A stretch of DNA of 64,000 nt from an uncultured SAR116 cluster alpha proteobacterium. GTDB lineage: Bacteria > Pseudomonadota > Alphaproteobacteria > Puniceispirillales > Marisalimonadaceae. Made by a program: the position numbers and the translations under genes. Each line of letters starts with the position of its first letter. Within the stretch, counting starts at the first letter, position 1. The notes under the pieces are model-generated. The model was given only the letters and a program-made list of their open reading frames with translations, made no database searches and was not told the DNA's origin. The stretch covers positions 351 to 64,350 of the forward strand of contig CACBVW010000004.1 in assembly GCA_902542765.1 (NCBI GenBank). Reading direction: 5' to 3'. Below are positions 51,227-60,537 of the stretch, one piece after another.

Positions 51227-52192
51227 CTAATGTCCTAACTGATCTTCTATAATTCGTTTACCTTTTTCACCATGATAATCAGCAAGAGATTCAAAAAAAT
51301 AACTTATAAATTGAATCAGCATTGTTAAACCAAAAATACCCAGAAACATAGCAAGATGGTATTTTATAAACATACCGACACTACCCTGTTGTGTTATTTC
51401 AAAATTTAGAACTGGACTATTAATTATTGATTGTTTCCCGTTAAATCCTATAAATATGATTGTCAATGAGGTGGATACACCAAGAGTTATTGATCCAATT
51501 GAATTAACAAGACCTTTTGTTCTATCTTTAAGTCCTTGATATAAAATATCTACCCTAACATGACCTTCATCATAAAGTGTATATGCAGATGCAAATAAAA
51601 ATAATCCTGCATACCAATAACGTACAAGATCTCCCATAAATGTTTGTTCATATGAAAAAATAAATCTGGTAATAACTATAACAAGTTCACTTAACACAAT
51701 TAAAAGAGATAACCAGTGAAAACCTAATGTTCTTGTAAATAAGCCAAGAATAAAACCAATTATAATTAATGGAATGTGTATATAAGTACCAACAAAAACG
51801 GGTCTTGTGAATTGAGCTGTAATACTTTTTGTTAAGAAAAGGTCAAAGATTTTTTCAACTCTTAAGAAAGCAATCGAAATATCAACTATCCCTATTAAAA
51901 AAATTACCCAAAAACAAGAACGAATAATGTAGATATTCAAATTATGTAAAAATTTAGCATCAATTCTTAGGGATTGGTTCTTATATTTAGGTATAAAATA
52001 AAAAACAAGACATAAGGAAAATAAATAAATCACTAACTCAATTAATGGGAACAGTGAAAAACCGTTAATCAAAGATAAAATGCCAGGAAATTGGAAGCCG
52101 ACCATTAATATATTGTCAATCAAAAAAGCAAATATAATCGCTAATGTTGACCACCCAAATAATCGGTAATAAGTATAAATATTTTTATCCAT
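51227..52192 (-). CDS. TRAP transporter small permease DctQ with extra N-terminal TM segments
   Basis: VITRFIF, SAYTL..EGHVRVD.LY; 321 aa. Confidence 0.88.
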   Translation of the reverse strand: MDKNIYTYYRLFGWSTLAIIFAFLIDNILMVGFQFPGILSLINGFSLFPLIELVIYLFSLCLVFYFIPKYKNQSLRIDAKFLHNLNIYIIRSCFWVIFLIGIVDISIAFLRVEKIFDLFLTKSITAQFTRPVFVGTYIHIPLIIIGFILGLFTRTLGFHWLSLLIVLSELVIVITRFIFSYEQTFMGDLVRYWYAGLFLFASAYTLYDEGHVRVDILYQGLKDRTKGLVNSIGSITLGVSTSLTIIFIGFNGKQSIINSPVLNFEITQQGSVGMFIKYHLAMFLGIFGLTMLIQFISYFFESLADYHGEKGKRIIEDQLGH

Positions 52193-52200
52193 TTTTTGAA

Positions 52201-52227
52201 TAGAGGTCAGCTTTTAGCTGACCTCTA
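52201..52227 (-). other. strong stem-loop between dctP and dctQ
   Basis: Perfect 12-bp inverted repeat TAGAGGTCAGCT-N3-AGCTGACCTCTA; no long U tract on the coding strand. Confidence 0.8.
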
Positions 52228-52236
52228 GTTATTATT

Positions 52237-53337
52237 TTATGAAAGTCCTAAGACTCTATTTCTTTGGTTGACATATGATATTTCAAACTTTGCCATCATA
52301 CTTCCACATTCTTTTAAAAATGCTTGATAGGCATCATCTATTTCTTTGGCTAATGCAGAATGATTTCTTGTTTCTTCAAAAACTTCTGCCGCAGCCTCTC
52401 CAAATGAATCCCATACATCATCATTAAATGATTTTACCTTAGTACCATGTTCATTAATGAGTTTTGCAAGGTATTCACCATTTTTAGCACATGTTTCTTC
52501 GTATTGAGCTGCATGTTCTTCCATAGAAGCAGCAGTAATGAGAGCCTTTTCATTATCTGTTAGCTTACCCCAGAAACTTGCATTAAATGCTAAAGCTAGA
52601 CATGAGCCTGGCTCATGCATACCACCTGTGTAGTAATATTTAGCAGCTTCATAAAATTTCATGAAATAATCATTGTAAGGACCTACCCACTCTGTAGCAT
52701 CAATTGAGCCTGATACTAAATTTTCATATATTTGTCCACCTGGTAATGAAACTGGAGAAGCGCCTAATTTTGACATTACTGTACCACCTAATCCAGGAAT
52801 TCGCATTTTAAGTCCTTTTAGATCTTCACTAGAGTTGATTTCTTTATTAAACCATCCACCAGCTTGCGTGCCAGTTCCACCACATGGAAGTGCTTTTAAA
52901 CCAAACTCACCTGACATTTTATCCCAGAGCTGTTGTCCACCACCAAACTTAATCCAAGCATTCCATTCAACAGTAGTCATACCAAATGGTACAGCTGTAA
53001 AATAAGCAAAACCAGGATGTTTACCTTTCCAATAATAATCTGCAGCAATGTAAGCTTGTGAATTTCCAGATGCAACTTCGTCAAAAACGTCAAATGCTCC
53101 AACTTTTTCACCTGCGGCAAAGTAATTAACCTTTAATTTACCTTTAGATAACTCTGTTATTCTAGCTGATAATCTTTGAGCTGATAATCCTAAACCTGGA
53201 AAATCTCTTGGCCAAGTTGATACTATATTAATCTCTTTATGGCCTCCTGCAACAGCTGGTGCAGATAATGCAGATGCGCTAGCAACACCAGCTACCACGC
53301 CAACACCTGCTTTAGATATAAAATCTCTACGTTTCAT
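52237..53337 (-). CDS. TRAP substrate-binding protein, TakP (2-oxo/monocarboxylate-binding) family, Tat signal
   Basis: MKRRDFI Tat motif; YYWKGK, Q.GGWF, LKMRIPG, DATEWVGP, HEPG; SD GGGAGG. Confidence 0.9.
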   Translation of the reverse strand: MKRRDFISKAGVGVVAGVASASALSAPAVAGGHKEINIVSTWPRDFPGLGLSAQRLSARITELSKGKLKVNYFAAGEKVGAFDVFDEVASGNSQAYIAADYYWKGKHPGFAYFTAVPFGMTTVEWNAWIKFGGGQQLWDKMSGEFGLKALPCGGTGTQAGGWFNKEINSSEDLKGLKMRIPGLGGTVMSKLGASPVSLPGGQIYENLVSGSIDATEWVGPYNDYFMKFYEAAKYYYTGGMHEPGSCLALAFNASFWGKLTDNEKALITAASMEEHAAQYEETCAKNGEYLAKLINEHGTKVKSFNDDVWDSFGEAAAEVFEETRNHSALAKEIDDAYQAFLKECGSMMAKFEISYVNQRNRVLGLS

Positions 53338-53502
53338 TAAACGTCCTCCCTATTAAGTATTAATTTGAAATAATATTTACATTACTACACAAAAAAAATG
53401 TTAATAAAAGATATTTATTACATAACAATCAAATATATTAATTTTAATTAAAATCGCTTAAAGATTGATCAAAATTAAATTCATTTGTTTGAAAGTTTAA
53501 AA

Positions 53503-55719
53503 CTAATTAAAAATGGGTGGTCTTGGAAAGCCATTAGGAACCATCCTACCTGCACCACCCCTTTTACCCTGCCATGTTAATAAATCTTTTTCTTTTCTCT
53601 GACGTCCACCAGTCATTTTCCAAATTATTCCATCTTCTTTATTAAATGTAGTTATATCAGACAACGTACCATCTTTATATCTTTGAAGAATAACACCTTT
53701 TCCTTTATTTAATTCTGGAACTTCATCTACTGAATACACCAATAATTTTCTATTATTACCAACAACAGCAATAGTATCTCCTTCAATTTTTTTACACACT
53801 ATTGCTTTGTTATCGCCTTTGACATTTAATATTTGTTTTCCAGATTTTGTCTGTGCAACAATATTAGAAGTATTAATTTTAAAACCATGACCTGATTCAA
53901 GTGCTAAAACTATATTTCCTTCAAAAATTGGGAAGCAAGATATTATTTTATCTTCTGCTTTGAGATCTATAATAAGAGATATAGGTTCTCCAAAACCTCT
54001 TCCAGAAGGAAGTTTGTTTGCAAGAACGCAAAAAAATCTTCCATTGTCTGCGAAGAAAATTATTTTATCAGTAGTAAATGCATGTATCTTAAATTTTTCT
54101 TTATCACCTTCCTTATATTTTATCTCAACATCATCATTTAAATGACTTTTTTGAGTTCTAATCCATCCTTGATCAGATAAAATGATTGTTACTGGTTCTT
54201 TGGTTACAAATTGATCTTCATCAAATTCTTCAACCAAAGGTAAATCACCAATTTCTGTTTTTCGGTTTGCAATATCTTGGAAATCTTTCTTAAGATTTTT
54301 TATTTCTGAATAAATTTCTTTCCATTGAACATCAACGTTATTTAAAATATCATTTAAATTATTTTGTTCAATTTCTAATTTACTAAGTTCATTTCTTAGT
54401 TCAATTTCCTCTAACTTTCTAAGTGAACGTAGACGCATATCTAAAATAGCATTAGCCTGAATTTCGTTAATCTTAAAATAGGATATTAAAACCAACTTAG
54501 GATTGTCTTCTTCTCTTATAATTTCAATAACTTTATCAAGGTTTAAATATACAATTATATAACCATTTAAAATATTAACTCTATTTTCAATTTGATTTAA
54601 TCTATATTTACTTTTTCTCTGCAGAATGATTTGTCTATGATCTAACCAAGATTTCAGTGCTTCTTTTAAAGATTTTACACCAGGTATATTTTTATCATCA
54701 ATTACATTTAAATTAAGGGAAACTCTTGCCTCTAAGTCTGTTTTTTTAAAAAGTGTTTCCATAATCATTTCGGGTGATAAATTTCGACTTTTTGGCTCAA
54801 TAACTATTCTAACATTTTCTGTACTTTCATCTCTTATATCAGAGAGCATAGGAAGAAATTTATTATCCATCAACTCAGAGATTTTTTCTAACAATCTACT
54901 TTTTTGAACTTGGTAGGGAATTTCACTTATAATTATTTTCCATTGTCCACCTTTCATATTTTCAATATTCCATCTAGCTCTTAATCTAAAACTTCCTTTT
55001 CCATTATTGTAAGAGTTTTCAATTGATGATTTTGGTTCAACTAAAATACCTCCTGTAGGAAAATCTGGTCCTTTTATAAAATTAGAAATCGTAGTATCAG
55101 AAGCATTTGGAAATTTAATTAAATGAAGCAGAGCATCAATTAATTCGTACATATTATGTGGAGGAATTGAAGTTGCCATACCTACCGCAATACCCTGCGA
55201 TCCATTAGCCAATAAATTAGGAAAAGCTGAAGGCAATACTACAGGCTCTTTTCCCTCGTCATCATAAGTGATTCTAAAATCTACCGTATCTTTATCAATA
55301 TCAGCTAATAATAATTCTGCAGCCTTAGACATTCTTGCCTCAGTATATCTCATGGCTGCTGCATTATCTCCATCGATATTACCAAAATTACCCTGACCAT
55401 CAACTAAAGGATATCGCAATGCAAAGTCCTGAGCCATTCGTACCATCGAATCGTAAATTGCAGCATCTCCATGAGGATGAAATTTTCCCATTACATCACC
55501 TACAACACGAGCAGACTTTTTGAATGATACGTTATGATTTAGTTTTAATTGCATCATCGCAAATAAAACTCTTCTATGAACAGGCTTTAAGCCATCTCTT
55601 ACGTCTGGCAAAGATCTTGATGTTATTGTTGATAATGCATACGAAAGATATCGCTCAGAGATTGCTTTTGAAAAAGGAGTAAGGCTTATATTTTCATTTT
55701 GTAATTCTTCATTTTCCAT
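53503..55719 (-). CDS. parC: DNA topoisomerase IV subunit A
   Basis: [23 protein letters not shown]; short CTD, no GyrA box; after recO. Confidence 0.95.
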   Translation of the reverse strand: MENEELQNENISLTPFSKAISERYLSYALSTITSRSLPDVRDGLKPVHRRVLFAMMQLKLNHNVSFKKSARVVGDVMGKFHPHGDAAIYDSMVRMAQDFALRYPLVDGQGNFGNIDGDNAAAMRYTEARMSKAAELLLADIDKDTVDFRITYDDEGKEPVVLPSAFPNLLANGSQGIAVGMATSIPPHNMYELIDALLHLIKFPNASDTTISNFIKGPDFPTGGILVEPKSSIENSYNNGKGSFRLRARWNIENMKGGQWKIIISEIPYQVQKSRLLEKISELMDNKFLPMLSDIRDESTENVRIVIEPKSRNLSPEMIMETLFKKTDLEARVSLNLNVIDDKNIPGVKSLKEALKSWLDHRQIILQRKSKYRLNQIENRVNILNGYIIVYLNLDKVIEIIREEDNPKLVLISYFKINEIQANAILDMRLRSLRKLEEIELRNELSKLEIEQNNLNDILNNVDVQWKEIYSEIKNLKKDFQDIANRKTEIGDLPLVEEFDEDQFVTKEPVTIILSDQGWIRTQKSHLNDDVEIKYKEGDKEKFKIHAFTTDKIIFFADNGRFFCVLANKLPSGRGFGEPISLIIDLKAEDKIISCFPIFEGNIVLALESGHGFKINTSNIVAQTKSGKQILNVKGDNKAIVCKKIEGDTIAVVGNNRKLLVYSVDEVPELNKGKGVILQRYKDGTLSDITTFNKEDGIIWKMTGGRQRKEKDLLTWQGKRGGAGRMVPNGFPRPPIFN

Positions 55720-55736
55720 TAAACAACTCTCTAAAA

Positions 55737-56495
55737 TTATAGTTTTTTAATCATGTTTTCTAATCTGTCTCTAGGATTTGGTAAATTCATAATTCTAGAG
55801 TCATTTATAGATAATAATAATTTATTTTTGAAGAAATAAGTTGTTATATTTAGCCCCATGATAATCTCCTCATAAAGACTTGATCCAATAACTTTTGTAC
55901 CTCCTAAAAACATTGGTAATTTTAAGAGTTTAGGAGCGAATTTTCCAGCACCTTCCTTAGATACTGCTTTTCCAGTTTTTGGGCTTACATAATATAAATT
56001 GTCTTTTTGTCCTGTTACAGCGCATTGTTTTAAATCTAAAGAAAAACCAATTGATGATAATAACCCAATTTCCCATTTCACATACCCTTTAATCCATTGT
56101 TTATTATCTACTTCATCATTCATAACTATAACATTTAAAAAGGCCTTTGTTGCATTAAAAACCTCGGAATAACTTTGTCTTTCAGGTAAAAATTTTTCTA
56201 ACAAAGAACATAATGAATTTAAAGCTTGTAATTTAAGTTTTTCATCAAAAATCTTTCCTGAAATTGAAGAAATTAGTTCAATTTTAAAGTTACCCATTTG
56301 TTCAATTATTCTGGATTTCCAATATACTTTAACTAAATTTCCAGGTTGAACACCAGATAAAATACTTTTCGTTTTATAATTATTAATCCAACCTACATAA
56401 CGTCCATGTGTTTCTGTCAAAATATTTATAATCAGACCTTTTTCACCATATTTTTTTGCAGATAGTATTATACCAACATCATTCCACTCAGGCAT
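55737..56495 (-). CDS. recO: DNA repair protein RecO
   Basis: W.D.GIIL, QPGN, CAVTG..L.YVSPKTG.AVS. Confidence 0.94.
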   Translation of the reverse strand: MPEWNDVGIILSAKKYGEKGLIINILTETHGRYVGWINNYKTKSILSGVQPGNLVKVYWKSRIIEQMGNFKIELISSISGKIFDEKLKLQALNSLCSLLEKFLPERQSYSEVFNATKAFLNVIVMNDEVDNKQWIKGYVKWEIGLLSSIGFSLDLKQCAVTGQKDNLYYVSPKTGKAVSKEGAGKFAPKLLKLPMFLGGTKVIGSSLYEEIIMGLNITTYFFKNKLLLSINDSRIMNLPNPRDRLENMIKKL

Positions 56496-57405
56496 TATAG
56501 TTTAAACCAATAGATGAATATTTAGATGGGTCATCCATCCAGTTTTTTTTAAATTTTATGTGCAAAAATAAATGAATTTTGCAATCTAACAATTTTTCAA
56601 GTTCTTTACGAGCCAAAGTGCCAATTCTTTTTATATTTTGGCCTTGTTTTCCTAATATTATCGGTTTATAACTTTGTTTATTAATAAATATTGTCTGCTG
56701 GATATTTAATGTTTCATCAGTATTAATTACCCATTTTTCTGTTTCAACCGTAAGATTGTATGGTAATTCTTGATTTAGATTTTTAAACAACTTTTCTCTT
56801 GTGATTTCAGAGGCTAAAATTGATTGAGGTAAATCTGAAATAATATTTTGATCATAAAAAAAAGAGTGCTCTGGCATTTTTATAGCTAAATATTCTAATA
56901 ACTTGCTACAACCACTTCCATTTTTTGCAGAAATTAAAAATGTTTCTTCAAAGTCATATAAATTTTTGATTTCAGAAATTTTTTTTAGGAGCATTTCCTT
57001 AGGCAACAAATCAATTTTATTTAAAACTAAAATTACATTTGATTTTATTTGAAAAATTTTTTTAATTATTTCTTTAGTGTTATCATCTATTTTTTTTGAA
57101 ATATCATGAATAAAAACTACTTTATCAGTTAATTTTAATTCAGACCATGCTGCTGTTACCATGGCTTTTTCAAGTCTTCTTTTTGGTAAAAAAATACCAG
57201 GTGTATCAACAAAAATTATTTGAGATTTCAATTTTTTGGGCAAATGAAAATTATAAATCCCTCTAATACAAAATCTAGTAGTTTGCACTTTATGAGATAC
57301 TATAGAAACTTTTCTGCCAACTAATTTGTTGATAAGAGTAGATTTGCCTGAGTTTGGAATTCCAACTAAATTAACAAACCCAGATTTCAAGTCTATTTTT
57401 CCCAA
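56488..57405 (-). CDS. era: GTPase Era
   Basis: G.PNSGKST, QTTR, DTPG, NKID, EITREK, QELPY, KH domain. Confidence 0.96.
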   Translation of the reverse strand: MGKIDLKSGFVNLVGIPNSGKSTLINKLVGRKVSIVSHKVQTTRFCIRGIYNFHLPKKLKSQIIFVDTPGIFLPKRRLEKAMVTAAWSELKLTDKVVFIHDISKKIDDNTKEIIKKIFQIKSNVILVLNKIDLLPKEMLLKKISEIKNLYDFEETFLISAKNGSGCSKLLEYLAIKMPEHSFFYDQNIISDLPQSILASEITREKLFKNLNQELPYNLTVETEKWVINTDETLNIQQTIFINKQSYKPIILGKQGQNIKRIGTLARKELEKLLDCKIHLFLHIKFKKNWMDDPSKYSSIGLNYNA

Positions 57406-57436
57406 GATAATTATACACCACTTTTATTTAATAACT

Positions 57437-58108
57437 TTAAATTTTTAAAATATTTAATAATTTTGTTGCCGCAGCTTCTTCAGCTTTTTTTAAATTAGCA
57501 CCTGTTGCAGAAACTACATTATGATTTTTAACATATACAGAAACTTCGTAAATGGGTTGATGTTCATTTCCAGATTTATTTAAAATATTATATTTTGGTA
57601 GAGTATTATATTGATGTAAACAATATTCTTGAAGTATAGATTTAGGATGTTTTTGGGGTTTGGAATAAATAAAATCTTTGTCAATAAGATTATTTATTAT
57701 AAAGTTTTTACAATTATATAATCCTGTATCAATGTATATTGCTCCGATTATTGCTTCAACAACATCACTCAATATAGATTTGTTATTTTCTAAATTATCA
57801 CCTTTTTGTGTCTTTAAAAATTTTGAAAGGTTTATTTTTTTAGCATATTTAAATAGATTATCCTGATTTGCAAATTTTTGAAAATAATTATCTAAAACAC
57901 CCTCCTTGGCTTTAGGAAAAATTTTTAAGAGATATTCTGATAATACCAAACCTAAAACTCTATCACCAAGAAACTCTAATCTTTCGTAATTTTTTTTATC
58001 ATTTTTCAATTTATTTTTTTGAAAACTAGAATGTATTATAGCCTCTTCTAATAAAGCAATATTTTTAAACTTGTAATTAATCTGTTTTTCTAATTTATTA
58101 ATACACAC
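57437..58108 (-). CDS. rnc: ribonuclease III
   Basis: ERLEFLGD, D.VEAIIGAIY.D, dsRBD; GTG overlapping the lepB stop (TAGTG) preferred as start. Confidence 0.95.
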   Translation of the reverse strand: MCINKLEKQINYKFKNIALLEEAIIHSSFQKNKLKNDKKNYERLEFLGDRVLGLVLSEYLLKIFPKAKEGVLDNYFQKFANQDNLFKYAKKINLSKFLKTQKGDNLENNKSILSDVVEAIIGAIYIDTGLYNCKNFIINNLIDKDFIYSKPQKHPKSILQEYCLHQYNTLPKYNILNKSGNEHQPIYEVSVYVKNHNVVSATGANLKKAEEAAATKLLNILKI

Positions 58109-58833
58109 TATTCTATAGCCTTGCCAATTCTTGAAAATCTTATTGCTTTGTGCCAATTCCAAATTTCAAAAATTGAAGCCGAACTATTATGAGAGAAAAA
58201 AATAATTTCAGCTTTACCAATTAAATTTTTCCTTGGAACAAAACCAACCTCAGGTGTTCTGCTATCCCTACTATTGTCTCTATTATCACCCATGAAGAAA
58301 AAATGGTTTGGTGGCACTTTGAATAAAATTGTATCGTCAAATGGATCATTATCACTAGCCTCAATTATCTGATGAGATTTTGATCCTTCGAAAACCTCAT
58401 CATATTGTGTGAAAACTTTTTCATTACCAAATACGTTTTTCATTATCCCTATATTTGTTTTTATTCTTTTAGCTTTTTTTGAATTAATATAAAGAATGCC
58501 TTCTTTAACTTGTACTGTATCGTTTGGAAGTGCAACCAACCTTTTGATATAATCAACTGTTTCATCTCCTGGCTTTCTAAAAACAATAACATCTCCTCTT
58601 TGTGGAGTTTTATATAATATTCTATCTTTTATAGGCCCCAATCCAAATGGGAAACTATATTTCGAATAACCATATGAGTATTTCGACACAAATAAATAAT
58701 CACCAACCAATAATGTTGGTATCATAGAGCCTGATGGAATATTAAATGGTTCAAAAAAAATAGAGCGAAAAAAAATTGCTATCGAGCCAGCTATTAAAAG
58801 AGTCTTAGTTAGCTCTCTAAAGGAATTCTTCAT
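58108..58833 (-). CDS. lepB: signal peptidase I
   Basis: IPSGSM.PTL..GD, YIKR, GDNRDNS.DSR. Confidence 0.97.
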   Translation of the reverse strand: MKNSFRELTKTLLIAGSIAIFFRSIFFEPFNIPSGSMIPTLLVGDYLFVSKYSYGYSKYSFPFGLGPIKDRILYKTPQRGDVIVFRKPGDETVDYIKRLVALPNDTVQVKEGILYINSKKAKRIKTNIGIMKNVFGNEKVFTQYDEVFEGSKSHQIIEASDNDPFDDTILFKVPPNHFFFMGDNRDNSRDSRTPEVGFVPRKNLIGKAEIIFFSHNSSASIFEIWNWHKAIRFSRIGKAIE

Positions 58834-58885
58834 AAAATATACTCCAAGGGTATGTGTTCTTTAAATAATTTACTTTATGCAATAG

Positions 58886-59293
58886 CTAAACATAAGGAGC
58901 AAGTGAAATCACAACAAAAGCAATAACAAATGGAGGGTCATCTGATAAAGAAATATCAAATTTTAATTTAGCCTTTAAAATTTTCTCTTTTTTCTCAATA
59001 AATTGTTTTGTTTTACCGGAAAAAAATAAATATGGCCTACCATTGATATCATTTAGAATTTCTATTTCTTTAAAAATTAGTCCCTCCCCTCTTGTAGGAC
59101 TTAAGGCCTTCCAGGTTGCTTCTTTGGCTGAAAACCTCTTTCCAAAATGATTTATAGAGTTTATTAATTTACTTTTAGAAATTTTAATCTCATTCTTCCC
59201 ATAAATACGATCAATAAATTTTTGATCATATTTATTTATGATTTTATTGAGTTTTTCTAAATTTAAGATGTCTGTTCCAATTCCAATAATCAT
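58886..59293 (-). CDS. acpS: holo-ACP synthase
   Basis: GIGTD, RFSAKEA..KAL, G.P, ISLSD. Confidence 0.94.
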   Translation of the reverse strand: MIIGIGTDILNLEKLNKIINKYDQKFIDRIYGKNEIKISKSKLINSINHFGKRFSAKEATWKALSPTRGEGLIFKEIEILNDINGRPYLFFSGKTKQFIEKKEKILKAKLKFDISLSDDPPFVIAFVVISLAPYV

Positions 59294-60027
59294 TTAATCG
59301 TTTCTGAAATTATTTTACGCATTTTTAATATTGAGTTTTCTAACCCTTCAAAAATAGAACTTGCTATGATAAAATGTCCTATATTTAATTCAACAATATC
59401 ATTTATAGATACAATTGAACTTACATTATCATAAGTTAAGCCATGGCCGGCATGACAATTTAAACCCAATTTATTTGCAAAAGCAGTGCTATCAGTAATT
59501 TTTTTTAATTCTAATTCAACATTATTCTTTTTTATGAAGGCATTTGCATAACTACCAGTATGAAACTCGATTGTTTTTACACCTAATTTTTGAGTGGCAA
59601 TTAGTTGGTCTTTATTTGGATCGATAAAAATAGCAACATTTATATTATGATTAGAGAGTAATTTAAGAATTTTTTTTAATTTTTCAAAATTATTTACTAC
59701 ATCTAAACCACCTTCCGTAGTAATTTCCTGTCTCTTTTCTGGAACAAAGCATACACATTTAGGCTTATATTCAATCGCAATATCAACCATTTCTGAGTTT
59801 GCTCCAATTTCAAGATTAACAGGAATATTAACAACATTCAAAATGTCACCTAAATCCTTTTCATTAATATGTCTCCTATCTTCTCTTACATGAACAGTTA
59901 CTAAATCTGCGCCAGATTTTTCAACAATTTTTGCAGCTTCTGTAACTTCTGGATAATTTTCTCCACGAGCATTCCTCAATGTAGCAACATGGTCAATATT
60001 TATGCCTAACCTAACGTATCTTTTCAT
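59290..60027 (-). CDS. pdxJ: pyridoxine 5'-phosphate synthase
   Basis: LG.NIDHVATLRNAR, H.REDRRHI, VPEKR.E.TTEGG, HAGHGL, ELNIGH. Confidence 0.97.
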   Translation of the reverse strand: MKRYVRLGINIDHVATLRNARGENYPEVTEAAKIVEKSGADLVTVHVREDRRHINEKDLGDILNVVNIPVNLEIGANSEMVDIAIEYKPKCVCFVPEKRQEITTEGGLDVVNNFEKLKKILKLLSNHNINVAIFIDPNKDQLIATQKLGVKTIEFHTGSYANAFIKKNNVELELKKITDSTAFANKLGLNCHAGHGLTYDNVSSIVSINDIVELNIGHFIIASSIFEGLENSILKMRKIISETIK

Positions 60028-60038
60028 TACAATAGCCT

Positions 60039-60524
60039 TTAATTTTTTTTATTTCTTCTTCTCTTGAACGATGCAATAAAACTATAAATAATATAGTAGG
60101 TTATTATCCAAACCAATGGCGCTATAATAATACCCCCAACAAGCATTGGAAAAAAAATCTCATAAGTTTGGTTTACTATCATGTCAAAATTTATCTCATG
60201 AGTTATTTTCTGTAACTTTATATTTGTAAGATAAGTGCCAATTTTATATATTAATCCCCAAATAAATGGAAAAGTTATAGGATTTCCAACTACTGTTCCA
60301 ATCAATGCAGCTATGAAGTTCCCTCTTATCAAATAAGCAAAAATCACAGCTAAAATAAAATGAAGTCCAAGAAGAGGTGTAAAAGAAACCATAGCCCCAC
60401 ATGCAAAGCCTGAAGAGATAGCATAATTAGAATCAGGTAAACGAGCTAATCTTAATTTATAATAAGATATAATTCTTTTAACCTTACTTACTGAATTTCT
60501 GTAATATAAATTAAAATTAATTAT
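60039..60524 (-). CDS. DUF2062 family membrane protein; start non-canonical or frameshifted (first ATG 60392 is internal)
   Basis: Frame open upstream of 60392: ..RIISYYKLRLARLPDSNYAISSGFACGAMVSFTPLLGLHF..GNPITFP. Confidence 0.8.
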   Translation of the reverse strand: MINFNLYYRNSVSKVKRIISYYKLRLARLPDSNYAISSGFACGAMVSFTPLLGLHFILAVIFAYLIRGNFIAALIGTVVGNPITFPFIWGLIYKIGTYLTNIKLQKITHEINFDMIVNQTYEIFFPMLVGGIIIAPLVWIITYYIIYSFIASFKRRRNKKN

Positions 60525-60537
60525 TTAAAAACTCCAC

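Noticed and set aside
10586-58162. Many short opposite-strand ORFs within core genes (e.g. 13168-13584, 28578-28925, 34118-34405, 38322-38588, 50334-51008)
   Set aside because: Fully nested antisense to conserved genes; composition mirrors the sense codons
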